Assembly (NCBI GenBank): GCA_951406725.2
Contig: OX597834.1
Coordinates: 22,196,001-22,260,000, forward strand
Reading direction: 5' to 3'
Source: Octopus vulgaris
Lineage: Eukaryota
Length of the DNA stretch: 64,000 nt
Shown: positions 12,893 through 25,865 of the stretch, piece by piece
Layout: each line of letters starts with the position of its first letter
Numbering within the stretch: the stretch's first letter is position 1
The notes under the pieces: generated by a model
The model's input: the letters and a program-made list of their open reading frames with translations, nothing else
Told to the model about the DNA's origin: nothing
Database searches by the model: none
Position numbers and translations under genes: made by a program

Positions 12893-14171
12893 CAACAATT
12901 AAATTGCCAGCCCATCTTCGTGTTGTATGTGATAACTAGGGTTAGAGATCAAGCAGCAGCAGCAGCAGTAGTAGTAGTAATAGCTGCAGCAGTAGAGGCA
13001 ATAGTAGTAAGGGTGATGGTGACGGTGGTGGTTGCAGTAGTGGTGGTAGTTGGAAGTGGTATTCAGCCAGTTTCTGCAACTTGGTTGCGACTGATGACCA
13101 CATGGTTCTCCAACCAACATCAACTGCCTTTAAACAACAAAAACAACACACACACACACACACACACACACAAAGTAACAGTACCCCTGTGTATGTATGT
13201 ATATAAGTGCATGTATATATATATATATGTGTATATGTGTGTTTGTGTGTTAGTTCCTCTGTTCTGTAAATATACATTTGAGTGATTGCTTACACAATAT
13301 ATATATGTGTGTATGTATGTAATATGCATGTACATGTATATAATATATAGATAGATATTGTGTGTGTTTGCATAGTATATATATGCATGTGTATGTATGT
13401 ATGTTCATGTATATATTGGTATATATGTATTTGATATACAGATAGATATTCTGTGTGCGTTTGCCATATATACATAAACATGTATGTATGTAAATATGTA
13501 TGTATATAATATATATAGCTATTGTGTGTCTACACAGTATATATATATGTGTGTGTGTGTGTGTAATATGTAAATAGATTTGTTTATGAGTGCATGTGTG
13601 CGTGCGTGCGTGTGTATATACATTTATTTGTATATAGATATATCTGTACGTGCATGCGTGTACGTGTTTCCCTTATTGTCAGGGAGAGAGAAAGCAGGGG
13701 TGGGTGGGGAAAGTACCACCACTACCACCATGACCACAACCGCAATAATTACAAAGGCGAATCGGAGATGATCCATGATATGCTAGACTGGATTTCCATC
13801 CCCCAAAAAAAGAGCGGAATCTCTGTGTACAACTGTCATCATTGTATATATATATATATGTGTATATATATATGTGTATATATATGTATATATATACTAA
13901 AAGGAAAACAATACAAAACCACTGAAATGTTTGCCTGGCCATTTCGGCAACAACTAGACTAACACTCTCCTCCTCCCTCTCCTCTTTCCATCCTCTTCCA
14001 TTTTTCATGCTCTCCTTTAAATAACTGGATCATTTTTCCTCCCTCCCTCGGCCACTACAACAATAACAACAACGTTATAGACACGGAGTTCCATTCACGG
14101 AGTTGTCATACAGTAAGTATATCCATTGTTTTTCTTTGAAGGTCTTTTTTTTCTTCCATGCAGTTTATTAT

Positions 14172-14460
14172 TTATTCGTTTCGGTCATTGGACTGTGGGC
14201 CATGCTGTAGCACCACCGTGAAGGGGGGTTCTAGTCGAATAGATGATTCCCAGTACTCATTATCATCATCATCATCATCGTTATTATTATTATCATATCA
14301 CTCTCTCTTTGCCAAATTGCTAAGCTGTGGGGACATAACCAAACCAACTCTGGTTGTCAAGCAGGTGGGGGTGGGGGTGGACAAACACATACATATGACA
14401 GGATTCCACTCACAAGGCTTTGGTCAGCCCAAGGCTATAGTAGGTGACACTTGCCCAAAT
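14172..14460 (-). mobile_element. SINE family A, degraded and internally deleted
   Basis: GTTTCGGTCATTGGACTGTGGGCCATGCTG..GGTTGTCAAGC..TCCACTCACAAGGCTTTGGTCAGCCC..GACACTTGCCCAA. Confidence 0.65.
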
Positions 14461-15580
14461 AATTGGTTTTGTCTTTTTTTTTCTTTTGACCCCTAACTCC
14501 AGCCTCTGCTCCCCGTTTCCTTCCCTACAGAGACTCCTATGATGATCAAAGGCATTCCAACCATGACACTCTTGACTTTTTAGGATCTCTGACCCAAGAT
14601 GGGATGAAATTGGGAGTATATAATCCTCAGACCAGAGTGGACTCTGCTTCTCAAAGATACCCAAGGACAGGTGGGTGAGGTGATGTGGTGGTGTTAATGC
14701 TTGCTACAGATTCACTCTACCCAAATGTGTTGTGACCTTATATAAAAAGTGCATGGCTATGGTTCACTTGACTGCTGTTTCTAGCTGGTCAGGCAACCAC
14801 ATTAGAAAAAGCAGTCTCGTTGACTTTGGTCCTTCACTGAAATGTTGGGTAACACTAGAATCAGAATCTGTTGTTGATTCTGTTTTTGGGGGTGGGGAAT
14901 AATAGTGGTGGTGGTGCAGATGGTACTGGAGTGGTTGTGGTGGTGGTTGTAGTAGTGGTGGTGGTGGTGGTTGTAGTGGTGGTGGTGGAGATGGTACTAA
15001 GTGGTGCGAGTGTTTCAGCTAATAATGTCTATTTCAGTTGATAATGTGCATTTCAGCTGATAATGTACGTTCTTGATACTTTACTCCTTCTTCTTCTTAA
15101 TCTTCTCGTTGCCGTTGCCACCACCATCACCACCACCATCACTACTACAGCCAATCAATCCTTGGAACAGTGTTTGCGCTACAAACGGCAGGCGAACTGA
15201 ACGGGAGGAAGTATTTGTGTGTTTGTCAGTCGGTCCTTGTCTGTCTGTCTGTCTGTTTGTTTATCTTATCTCATTCGGTCCTTTTATTGTTTATTTTTGT
15301 AATCACAGCTGAGACTAGCCATGCTGGAGCACATCTTTTAATTCCTGTGTGTGTGTGTATATATATATATTCTAGACACAGCTGCTATTTCTAATGTCAA
15401 ATTTACAAGGATATATTTTATGCATCTGATTTGTAAGAATAATATATATACACTTTATGTATATGAAAAATATTATACATCTACATACATTTAAACTGTT
15501 TGTATGTGTGTATAGTTAATGTTTCTAATTTTAAACTTATATAAAAGTATTATATACACTTTGTAAGTAAAATGTTATCC

Positions 15581-15645
<65 letters not shown>

Positions 15646-15794
15646 TACAGTTTAAAACATTGCATACATGTGTACATATATATTTAATATCTGTAATTCC
15701 AAATTTATATACAAATATTATATACACCTACTTTATAAGTAAAATGTTATATGTCTGTGTATGCATGGAAGATGGACATTAAATGGTGATGAAC

Positions 15795-15827
<33 letters not shown>

Positions 15828-15967
15828 GTTTAAAACATGACATACATGTATATGTACACATACACACACAGTATATACACACATAGTCAAAGATTCTAAT
15901 TTTAAACTTAAAGGGAAATATTATACAAATTTTTTTTTAAATATTGTATGAATATATCGATTTAGGC

Positions 15968-16375
15968 TTGGCCATGTGGTTATGAAGTTCACTTCCCAAC
16001 CATGTGGTTACAGGTTCAGTCCCGCTTTATATAGCACCTTGGGCAAGTAAACTTCTACTACAGCCCCTTGCCGACTAAATCCTTGTGTGTGAATTTGGTC
16101 AACTCAGACTGAAAGAAGCCTGTTGTGTATATGTGGTGGTGTGTACACGTGTGTTTGTGACCCCTTGTCTTGACGTTGTTGATGAGTGTCCTGTTACAGA
16201 AGCAGTGTCGTCATTTTTCGGTCCTCTGTAGAAAACACATCTGGCCATGGGGAACTACTACCTGGCTTTGAAACAGGTGGAAGTGCTGACAAGTGGGTAC
16301 CTGGCCCACTGAAAATTTGTCTCAACAAATTTCATGTGGCCCATGCAAGTGGATATTAAATGATAATGATGATTT
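15968..16375 (+). mobile_element. Composite SINE: family A tRNA-like head with family B-like 3' end
   Basis: A/B boxes TGGCCATGTGG and GGTTCAGTCCC, then CCTTGGGCAAG and CTGAAAGAAGCC; ends CCCATGCAAGTGGATATTAAATGATAATGATGAT. Confidence 0.6.
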
Positions 16376-16407
16376 TATTTATACATACATGCAAATATAT
16401 ATATATA

Positions 16408-16835
16408 TGCCGGTGGCACGTAAAAAGTACCATCTGTCCGTGGCCGTATGCCAACTCCGTCTTGCACCTGTGCAGGTGGCACGTAAAAAGCACCCACTAC
16501 ACTCACGGAGTGGTTGGCATTGGGAAGGGCATCCAGCCGTAGAAACACTGCCAGATCAGACTGGGCCTGATGCAGCCTTCTGGCTTCACAGACCCCAGTT
16601 GAACCGTCCAACCCATGCTAGCATGGAAAGCGGACGCTAAATGATGATGATGATATATATATATATATAACACCCACTACACTCATGGAGTGATTGGCAT
16701 TAGGAAGGGCATCAAGCTGTAGAAACACTGCCAAATCAGACTAGAGCCTGGTGCAGCCTCCATGGCTTACCAGACCCTGGCCGAACTGTCCAACCCATGC
16801 TAGCATGGAAAACGGACATTAAATGATGATGATGA
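16408..16835 (+). mobile_element. Two tandem family B elements (16408-16633 and 16671-16835)
   Basis: Both have CACCCACTACACTCA.GGAGT..GGCATT.GGAAGGGCATC..AACCCATGCTAGCATGGAAA.CGGAC..TAAATGATGATGAT. Confidence 0.85.
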
Positions 16836-16930
16836 TATATATGTGTGTGTGTATATATATATATATACTTGAATGTTAAAAGTTATGGCCAGTCATAGTA
16901 ACCATTGGTTTTGTGTCTATAAAGCAGTTA

Positions 16931-17262
16931 AGGCACATGGCTCAGTGGTTAGAGTGTTGAGCTCATAATCATGAGGTAGTGAGTTTGATTCCCAGACAGG
17001 GCTATGTGTTGTGTTCTTGAGCGAGACCCTTTATTTCACGTTGCTTCAGTTAACTCAGCTGTAGAAATGAGTCGCAACATCACTGGTGCCCAGCTGTATC
17101 AGCCTTTGCCTTTCCTTTAGATAACATCAGTGACATGGAGAGAGGTGGCCTGTATACATGGACAACTGCAGGTCTTCCATGTAACTAAACTTGCCTGGAC
17201 TTGTGCATCGGAGGGGAACTTTCTAGGTGCAATCCCATGGTCAGTCATGAGTGAAGGGAGTC
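16931..17262 (+). mobile_element. tRNA-derived SINE family C
   Basis: A box TGGCTCAGTGG, B box AGTTTGATTCC, then GTTCTTGAGCGAGAC..TTTATTTCACGTTGCT..CTCAGCTG; homologous to minus-strand copies at 19312, 28676 and 43083. Confidence 0.75.
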
Positions 17263-17362
17263 TTATAAAGCAGTATAGGAGACTTGTCAGATTCAAATGG
17301 CTTGTGCCTTCAACCATTTGAGTCTAATGCTTTAGAGTGTTCTTTTTACAGACTACTGACTA

Positions 17363-17404
<42 letters not shown>

Positions 17405-17406
<2 letters not shown>

Positions 17407-17752
17407 AGCACTATGACCCGGCGTTGCCGGGTCATAGTGCTAGTGCATGCATATACAGCTGCGTGCGAGTACTGTCCAAATCTCCGACCAATCACATACA
17501 GCTAGCTGGCATTCAATTGGCGTATCAAGTTTTGGACATTTTGATTGGGTTTTGGATAGAAAATTTACAAAAAAGTCACTTCTATTGATTTATTAATGGC
17601 TTTGCGGGGTGACTGGGGAAATGTAAAGATGTGCACGACCACCCTTGGACGGTTTTGAATGACCATAGAAAGTGTGAGCCCTCTAACTGAAAAATTGTGG
17701 ATTTGTATAAAGGACACACACACAGACATTTTGCCGTTTATATATAGAGAGA
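17405..17752 (-). mobile_element. Non-autonomous Helitron-like element
   Basis: Minus strand starts A|TCTCTCTATATATAAACGG followed by a short (TG)n and ends in a GC-rich hairpin CCCGGCAACGCCGGG plus CTAG, next to a (TA)n run. This is the canonical 5'-TC...hairpin..CTRR-3' layout. Confidence 0.75.
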
Positions 17753-17979
17753 TAATATGTAAATGTAAGAACTTACTGTGGACAAGTAAAATCTTATGAA
17801 GTTTTCCTATCTTATTGTTGAAAGCATGAAATAGGAAGTAGTAAAACTGTTGACAACTGACAAGGAGTTATCTTCTTTTGGTATTTTGTCCTGTATTTAT
17901 CTCTGATATGTGTTCACGTATTTTTCACTCATTGGTGATGTCCTGTACTTAATGTGTATTATATATACATATATATATA

Positions 17980-18232
17980 CCAGTTGAATACTGAGATTGA
18001 TGTAATTGATTGACTTCAAAATTACAGGCCTTGTGCTGGTAGCAGAAAGCATTATTATTATTATTGTTGTTATTATTATTATGCCAGGCAAAATGCTTAG
18101 CGGCATTCCATCTGTCTTTACATCCTGCCAGGGTCAACTTTGCCTTTCATCCTTTCAGGGTCGATGAATTAAGTACCAGTCAAATATTGGGGTTTGATGC
18201 AATTTGCCTATAGTAAAAAGGATCATTATCAT
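17980..18232 (+). mobile_element. SINE family D fragments separated by (ATT)n
   Basis: GGCAAAATGCTTAGCGGCATT..GGTCAACTTTGCCTTTCATCCTTTCAGGGTCGATGAATTAAGTACCAG. Confidence 0.7.
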
Positions 18233-19311
18233 AATTTTTTGTTCTTCTGTTGTTCTTCCACCCACCCCCCAACCCACTCTGTCACTTTCTCCCCTCATCT
18301 CCACACTCCCACCCTCTCCTCTCATCAACTGTCTTTCTGACATTTATCTTCGAAAAGGTGATTAAGAAAGAATTAATAACACCAAGCAACTGTCCAACGA
18401 CTCTTTAAGGACAACAACAGCTGTGACATCCACCTCCACCACTGTCGTCTTTAATAACAACAACAACAACAACAATCATAATGATAATTATGCCAATATT
18501 TAACATTATATTTGCTAAATGCTCAATCACCATAAATTTAATAGGTCGATCTATTTCCTGTTTTATCAGGCTCTTTTGAGAGTAAATGACTTCATCTCAT
18601 ACTATCATCATCATCATCACCATCACTGTCATCATAATTATCATCATCATCATTACTATTATCATCATCACTACAATCATCATCATCATCACTAACTTCA
18701 TCATAACCATCACCACTGTCATCATTAGCATCATCATCATCAACATCAATGCTGTTATCATCATCATCATCATCAATATTGTTGTCATTCTCACTTTTAT
18801 CTCATCTTTTATCTTTTTCTGGTTTTTTTTATATTCTTTATTTTGTTGTTACTTTTTCGTTTTGTCATTTCTAATTTTTCTCAGAATTTCGTATGTTTCT
18901 GACATTTGAAGAACTTGGTTTCACATATATGTAACCTTGGTGATGAGTGAATTTGACTTGGGGTAGTGTAGAGTGTGTGGGTTACATGTTGTGGTTTGAT
19001 GGTTTGGCAAGTTGCAGGGAGGGAGATGTGTAGAAGGAGAGGTTAGTTGAAGAATTGTTCTTGTTGTTAAAGCCAGAAGCCACAGCTAATTGAGCAGCAA
19101 TATGTTCAAGGGCATTCTGAACATGACCATCCTGTCGGACATGTTTAGAGATTTTCTAGTACAAGGTTCAAGGTACAGGTTGAGTTGTTGTTGTTGTTAA
19201 GCCTCTTATTGAGCAGCTCTCTGTTTAAAGTTATTCCATGCATGACCATCCTGTTGGGTAGATTGGAGGTTTGCTTATTTGGCATGGCATGTCAGTAAAA
19301 CAAAAAACACT

Positions 19312-19630
19312 GACACTCCATCGGTTATGATGACGAGGGTTCCAGTTGATCTGATCAATGGAACAGCCTGCTCATGGAATTGACATGCAAGTGGCTGAGT
19401 ATTTCACAGTCACATCTACCCTTCACGTAGTTCTCAAGGAAATTCAGCTTGACATGGAATGTGACAAGGCTGGCCCCTTTGAATTACAGGTACGACTCAT
19501 TTTTGCCAGCTGAGTGGACTGGAGCAACATGAAATAAAGGGTCTTGCCCGAGGACACAATGTGTTGCTGAGAATTGAACTCATGACCTTACAATCTTGAG
19601 CCAGTTACCCTAACCACTCAGCCATGCCCC
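19312..19630 (-). mobile_element. SINE family C
   Basis: Collinear with 28676-28953 and 43083-43396 (GAACAGCCTGCTC..GTGACAAGGCTGGCCC..GCCAGCTGAGTGGACTGGAGCAAC..CCCTAACCACT). Confidence 0.8.
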
Positions 19631-20167
19631 TTCTTCAGACAAGGCATGGCACTAGAAGTTAATGAGAAGCTGTTATTGACTGTGATGTTGTTAAACCCTG
19701 ATGCCAGCCTTACCTACATTCAAGGGTGTTCAACACGTGACCATCATGTCAGATGGATTTGCTGGTTTGGCAAGGCATGGGTATAGAAGATATTGAATAA
19801 TTGTTACTTCAATTGACCAGTGTCAGTGTTTTTTTTTTACTGTTCAAAGATGTTCCAAGCATATCCAACCTATCTGTATTTTGGATTTTTTGTTTTTGTT
19901 TTGTTTTCCAGACACAGTTGATCTAGGACTACATGATCTGATGTGTCCTTTTCATTGTTGATGTTGATTTTGCTCCAAGTCAGCACTCTATGATCACTTC
20001 CATTCCATCATTGACAATCCACCCTTTTTTTTTCTTTTTTTTTTATCAAATACCACAGCATGGCCACAGCCTCTGGTTGAAACAAGACTAGAATATCTTC
20101 ACCTGAGAATCCATCATTGCTTTTTTTTTCTTCCTTCCAAATGTTTATCTTCTTTTCTCATTCCATA

Positions 20168-20203
20168 TATTGTGACAAAGGACCAGTGTCCAAAACGTCA
20201 GTA
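20168..20203 (+). ncRNA. Degenerate minimal type-I hammerhead-like motif (Penelope-like repeat relic)
   Basis: TATT-GTGACAA-A-GGAC-CAGT-GTCC-AAAA-CGTC-AGTA. Stems I and II pair. The core differs from CTGACGA/GAAA by one C>G and two CpG-type G>A changes. Confidence 0.45.
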
Positions 20204-21099
20204 CCTCTTACTTTCATTCATAGCTTAATTACTTTGACTTTGTACACTTATTGTATTTTTTGCTTATTTTTTTTTTTTATTTAAAAACAATTTTTTTCTT
20301 CCCGTTTTTAATTGTATACATATGAATCTAGGACTACAAGATCCTCTTTGTCCTTCCTTTTTTAAAGACAGCATGCTATGATCTAAGGAAAATTTGGCTG
20401 CTGTTTCCAGCAGGTTGTACAACTGTGTAGAAACTGTTTTCATTTGCTTGATTACAGATAGGACCAGTTTACAAAGGGTGAGTTGAGTTGTATAATTTCC
20501 AGTGGGAAAGCCATTAATTGGTCTTTGGGGAGACATCTAATTTCCAGGAGGACGGTGCGAAGTGGTCTTTGGAGATGAGACAAAGAAGACAATCATCAAT
20601 TCTAAAATGTCACAACAACAACAACAACATCAGATTGGTTGAAAATCCAGAGGGATTGTACTAAGAGACAGGCTGTAACTAAGGCAACCTGGATCTACTT
20701 ACATGATGTCTGGCATTCCAGCACTGGCAAGAAATGAGCCAAGAAAAGAATATGTATGTGGTCATTTGACATGCTAGAAAGAGCAGCCAAATTTCACTTG
20801 GATCTATTCTCCCCACTACACTTTTTCCGACCACTTCAACACATACACACACACACACACACACAAAAGAAAAGGACACGTGTGGCCCTGTGCCTTGCTT
20901 AGAAACCATTCATAACCCCTTTTAGTACCAATTGGTACTGGAACTATCTGTGGTCCTATGATGCAACAATCTCATCTTTCAAAGCAATCATCATCATCTT
21001 CATCATCCTCATTATTGTCGTCATCACCAAGCTGCTTCCCTCTCTACTGCAGTTGCACTCTGTCACTGAGGATCCTAATCTTCCAAGCTAAACGGTGAC

Positions 21100-21235
21100 C
21101 TCACTGGTGCTGGTGCCATGAAAAGACACTCTAAAACAGCTGGTGTTGGGAAAGGCATCCAGCCATAGAAACCATGCTCAAATGGACATTGGAGCATGAC
21201 ACAGCATGGAAGACAGACATCAAATGATGCTGATG
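21100..21235 (+). mobile_element. Old family B-like fragment
   Basis: GGTGTTGGGAAAGGCATCCAGCCATAGAAAC..AGCATGGAAGACAGACATCAAATGATGCTGATG. Confidence 0.55.
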
Positions 21236-22179
21236 TGCAATGTATTCCACTGGAAACATGGCCGTGAAAGGGTTTCAGTTAGTCTTGTGGGAAAGGTACC
21301 CTGTTTACAGCATAAGTGATTTCAAACTCTCCTCACACGTACTGGCACCTTTTTTTTTTTTTTTTTTTTATTCTTCTGTTTCCTGTTTTTTTTCTTTCTT
21401 TTTCTTTTTTCTCCTGTCGAAAAATAATCAATTGTTTTTTGGGGATTTTTTATATTTTTTCTTCTTCTGCGGTCATTAAACATTGTCATCGTTTAGAAAT
21501 GTTGGCAAATTCATGACTTCCTGAAGGAAAATTATTTATAGTTCCACAAAGAGTAATAAATATCCCAAATTGTATTCATTCAAACAGGTACCTTCTTACG
21601 GTAAAACAGTAAATTTCAGTTTTCTCCATAAGTAACCAGCAAAGATTGATGTGATGCCAGACAGAGGTTGCAGGACAGGAACAGGGGCAAGTTCCTGAAA
21701 GTGAGTCTGGTTGGCTTTCGTCCAAACTCAGGTTCAGTTTTGAGCAGTTCCGTGCTACCATCCATGACATTTGCTTAAAGTGGTTGTGTATGATTTCAGC
21801 CCTTGGCACAAGGCCACAGGCCTGGAGGAGGGACAGGGAGCAGGGGAGAGAGGGAGGGATGTGGTTGTTTGGATCAATCTCAGTGTATCACTGGTACATA
21901 TTTTATGGACCCTGGAAGAAAAGAAGGTGAAGTCTGGTTGGCGGGTTTTGAAATTAAAACATAAAGGGACTTGATGAAACCAGAAGAGAGCCTCTATATC
22001 GTTGCTCAACATGCTAGAAATAACAGCCAAATACCTTCAAATTACACCATACCATCTTAAAAAAAGGAAGGGCACACTGGACAATGTAGTTGTAGATATA
22101 CAGAAAGATGAGTTGATGATGATTGGGGCATCCACAGATACATGTGTGTGTGTGTGTATATATATATATGCACACAGGG

Positions 22180-22519
22180 CTGTGTGATAAGCCTGTTGTG
22201 TATACATACATACGTGTGTGTACACATGTATGTATAGACAGAGAGATGTGTATATGTCTGCATATCTTTGTGTTTGGGTTTGTCCCCTTCACTATCACTT
22301 GATAACTTAGTGGTTTGGCAAAAGAGACTGATAGAATAAGTGACAGGTTTAAGAAAAAAAAAATTACTGAGGTCAGTTTGTTCAATTAAACCTTTCAAAG
22401 TGGTGCCCCAGCATGGCCAGAGTCCAACGACTGAACCAAGTAAAACAATAATATATATATATATATATAGCTCTTTTACTTGTTTCAGTCATTTGACTGT
22501 GGCCATGCTGGAGCACTGC

Positions 22520-22522
<3 letters not shown>
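22180..22522. mobile_element. Tail-to-tail SINE A 3' ends (+ 22180-22446; - 22471-22522)
   Basis: CCCCAGCATGGCC..GACTGAACCAAGTAAAA faces TTTTACTTGTTTCAGTC..GGCCATGCTGGAG across an (AT)n spacer. Confidence 0.7.
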
Positions 22523-22566
<44 letters not shown>

Positions 22567-23224
22567 CCAACATTATGGTTTAACTGTCTAAGGGCCACTG
22601 ATTCTCATTATCCCAGATGAATGACTGGCCGAGTAATATGAGATGAAGTACCTTGCTGAAGGACAATGCAGTGGCCTCCTGGCTCAAGAACTGAACTCCT
22701 TTACCTAACAACTATGAGGCCCAAAGCAACCACCAGGCCACGTTCCTTTACAGTAACAGCACCAGTAGTAGTAGTAGTAGTAGTAGTAGCAGCAACGGCA
22801 ATGGTGGTGGTGTCCCCTCCCCACCTTTTTTTTTCTATCTTATCTGGTCTCATTAACAGATACTATGATGGCATCAAGTCTTTATCTAAACATTAAATCT
22901 TTTCTCTTGAGTTTCCTGGGAATCAATGCACTTGATTCATTGAGGGCAGCCTTCCTCCTCATATTATTTGCACATCTCTGTTTTTTTTTTGTTTTAATTT
23001 TTTTTCCCTTTTCTTTTAATTTCTCCAATTTTTTTCTTTTTTTTTTTTTTCATATAAACATGCCCTGCCCTGCCCTCACATCACCTTACTACACCTCATA
23101 CCGTATGCATACACACACATGCACTTACATAGCTGTATACAGCTATACACACACACACGCTTATATGCATGTATAGTCAAACATACACGGTTTCTCTTTC
23201 TCTATATCTGTTTTGCCTTCCCTT

Positions 23225-23263
<39 letters not shown>

Positions 23264-24214
23264 GTATGTATGTATCCTTATATATACACATATGCAATAC
23301 ACACACATGCACTTACATAGGTGTATACAGCTATATACACACATGCTTATATGCATATAAATATACTCAAACATACACAGTCACTCTCTTTCTCTATATT
23401 TGTTTTGCCCTCTTTCTCTCTATATATGTATGCATTCTTGTATATACACATATGCCATACACACACACACATAGGCGTATACAGCTGTGTACACACACAC
23501 ATATATATGCATTCTTATATATACATATATACCATATTTACATACACGCACACAGGCGTATACAGCTATGTATACACACACTCACAAACACACTTATATG
23601 CATTCTTATATATACACATATACACACAAACACACATTATATATAGTCATCTAACAATAGCAAGCTGTAATGATGATGCGTCAGAACTGATGCAGGAAGG
23701 AGGTGCACACATGTATACATATACATACATTGATATGAATTGCAATTCACAGGCATAGATATACACGAATATACACACCCACATACACACTCATTCATGC
23801 ATATATACACATGTATATATACTAATGCACATATACATACAGACATGCAAACACTTACATATAAATACGCATGCATCTAAACATATCTACACACACATGT
23901 TCGTGCGGATATATACATACACACACACACGCATAAACATACATACACATAAATGCATACCTATAAATATAACTACACATGTACATACATACATACAGAT
24001 ATACATACACACATAAATACTTACATATAAGCATACATACATATAAGCATACACACATAAATACATACATATAAGCATATATACATACATACACTCATAA
24101 ACACATTCATATAGACATAGGTATACACATATACATACAAATACATACATACAGATATGCATAAACATATACAGATGTAAAAGCATACCTATACACATAC
24201 ATACACACATACAT

Positions 24215-24372
24215 TTGAGTGTATATATGTATATACACACACATACATGTGAGTGTATATATGTATATACACACACACATACACGCATACATGTGAGTGT
24301 ATATATGTATATACACACACATACACACATACATGTGAGTGTATATATGTATATACACACACATACACACAT
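24215..24372. repeat. Microsatellite-derived minisatellite, ~34-44-bp unit, about 4 copies
   Basis: Repeated TGAGTGTATATATGTATATACACACAC..ATACATG. Confidence 0.8.
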
Positions 24373-25104
24373 TCAGAAACACAGACACATCTCTTACTCA
24401 ACTTTTTTTTTTTTTTTTTCCAAATGATAAAAAAAATACTCATAAAAACTAAAAAAAATTACTAAAATATTTTATGAAAGATGGCCAAGGAGGAGGGGTA
24501 CAGGATCATGTTAAAATGAATCAGTCCTAGAATAATTGATCTCAAATTTATCGTCGGTTTTTTTTTTTTTTTGTATTTTTTCCAGAAATTTTTCAAAGAC
24601 ATTTCTTCCTTTCTTTCCTTCCTTCCTTTATATCTCACACAATTTTTTTTTTCCTCGTGATAAAACTAAAATATGGAAACAACAAAAAAAAAAAACATCC
24701 ATCTTATATTTTTATTTATTCGTTTGTTTGTTTTCTTTTTTGTATGTATCTGAAGTGGTATTAGTAACATTGTTATTATTTGTTTTACATGGCCAGTGGT
24801 ATGGCTGTGTGGTGAAGGAGCTTGCTTTGCAACAACTATGTAGTCCTGGGTTCAGTCCCACTGCATGGCACCATGACTACTATAGCCCCCTAGCCAACCA
24901 CCAACCAATACCTAATGAATGGATTTGGTAGACAGAAACAGGAAACTGTATGGAAGCCTATTGTATATGTGTGTCTGTGTTTTCCCCCCAACACTACTTG
25001 ACAACCTATGTTGGTTTGTTTACATCTCCATAACTTGGACTCAAAGAGTAAGTACCAGGCGTAAAGAAAAACATAAGTACTTGGGTTGATCCATTTGTCT
25101 AAAG

Positions 25105-25865
25105 CAGTATTTCTCAACCATTTTCTACCTATGGACCTTTAGATTCCTGTTCTACTCTGCTGGACCCTCAAAGCCAATCAATGTTTTAAAAAATCGATTA
25201 TATTTTTACAATCAAATATTATTAGGAATTGTAGAAGTATAATCGGTTTATTTATTTTTTTAAACTCTTTTACTTGTTTCAGCCATGCTGGAGCACCACC
25301 TTCAGTCGAGGAAATCGACCCCAAGACTTATTCTTTGTAAGCCTAGTACTTATTTTATCAGTCTCGTTTGCCGAACCGCTAAGTTACGGGGACGTAAACA
25401 CACCAGCATCGGTTGTCAAGCGATGTTGGGGGGGACAAACACACACACACATATATATATACATATACATATATACGACGGGTTTCTTTCAGTTTCCATC
25501 TACCAAATCTACTCACAAGGCTTTGGTTGGTCCGAGGCTATAGTAGAAGACACTTGCCCAAGGTGCTACACAGTGGGACTGAACCCGAAACCATGTGGTT
25601 GGTAAGCAAGCTACTTACCACACAGCCACTCCTGTGCCTGGGGAGTGATAGATGGATGAGTGGATGGATAGATAGATACATAGACAGATAGTTGATAAAC
25701 AGATAAAAAGATAGACGGATAGGTGATAAACAGATATATAGACGATAGATTGACATATAAACTGAAATATAGAATGATGGATGGATAGATATTGTGCCCA
25801 ATTTTCAACAACTACATCTTATGTGGGACCCCAAGAGTCATGGGGACTCCAGTTGAGAACCATTG
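25105..25865. mobile_element. hAT (Charlie/MER5-like) MITE
   Basis: TIRs CAGTATTTCTCAAC and GTTGAGAACCATTG. Flanks GTCTAAAG and GTCTATAT form an imperfect 8-bp TSD resembling the Charlie target NTCTAGAN. Confidence 0.7.
25264..25639 (-). mobile_element. SINE family A, near full length, nested in the hAT MITE
   Basis: Minus-strand head AGGCACAGGAGTGGCTGTGTGGTAAG..GGGTTCAGTCCC; tail AAGTAAAAGAG. Confidence 0.88.

Noticed and set aside
12470-13285. 271-aa ORF
   Set aside because: Poly-HT, poly-LS and poly-V runs from microsatellites; stop-free by composition.
16931-17010. tRNA gene
   Set aside because: A/B boxes are present but continue into a multi-copy SINE body with no proper acceptor stem; treated as a SINE head.
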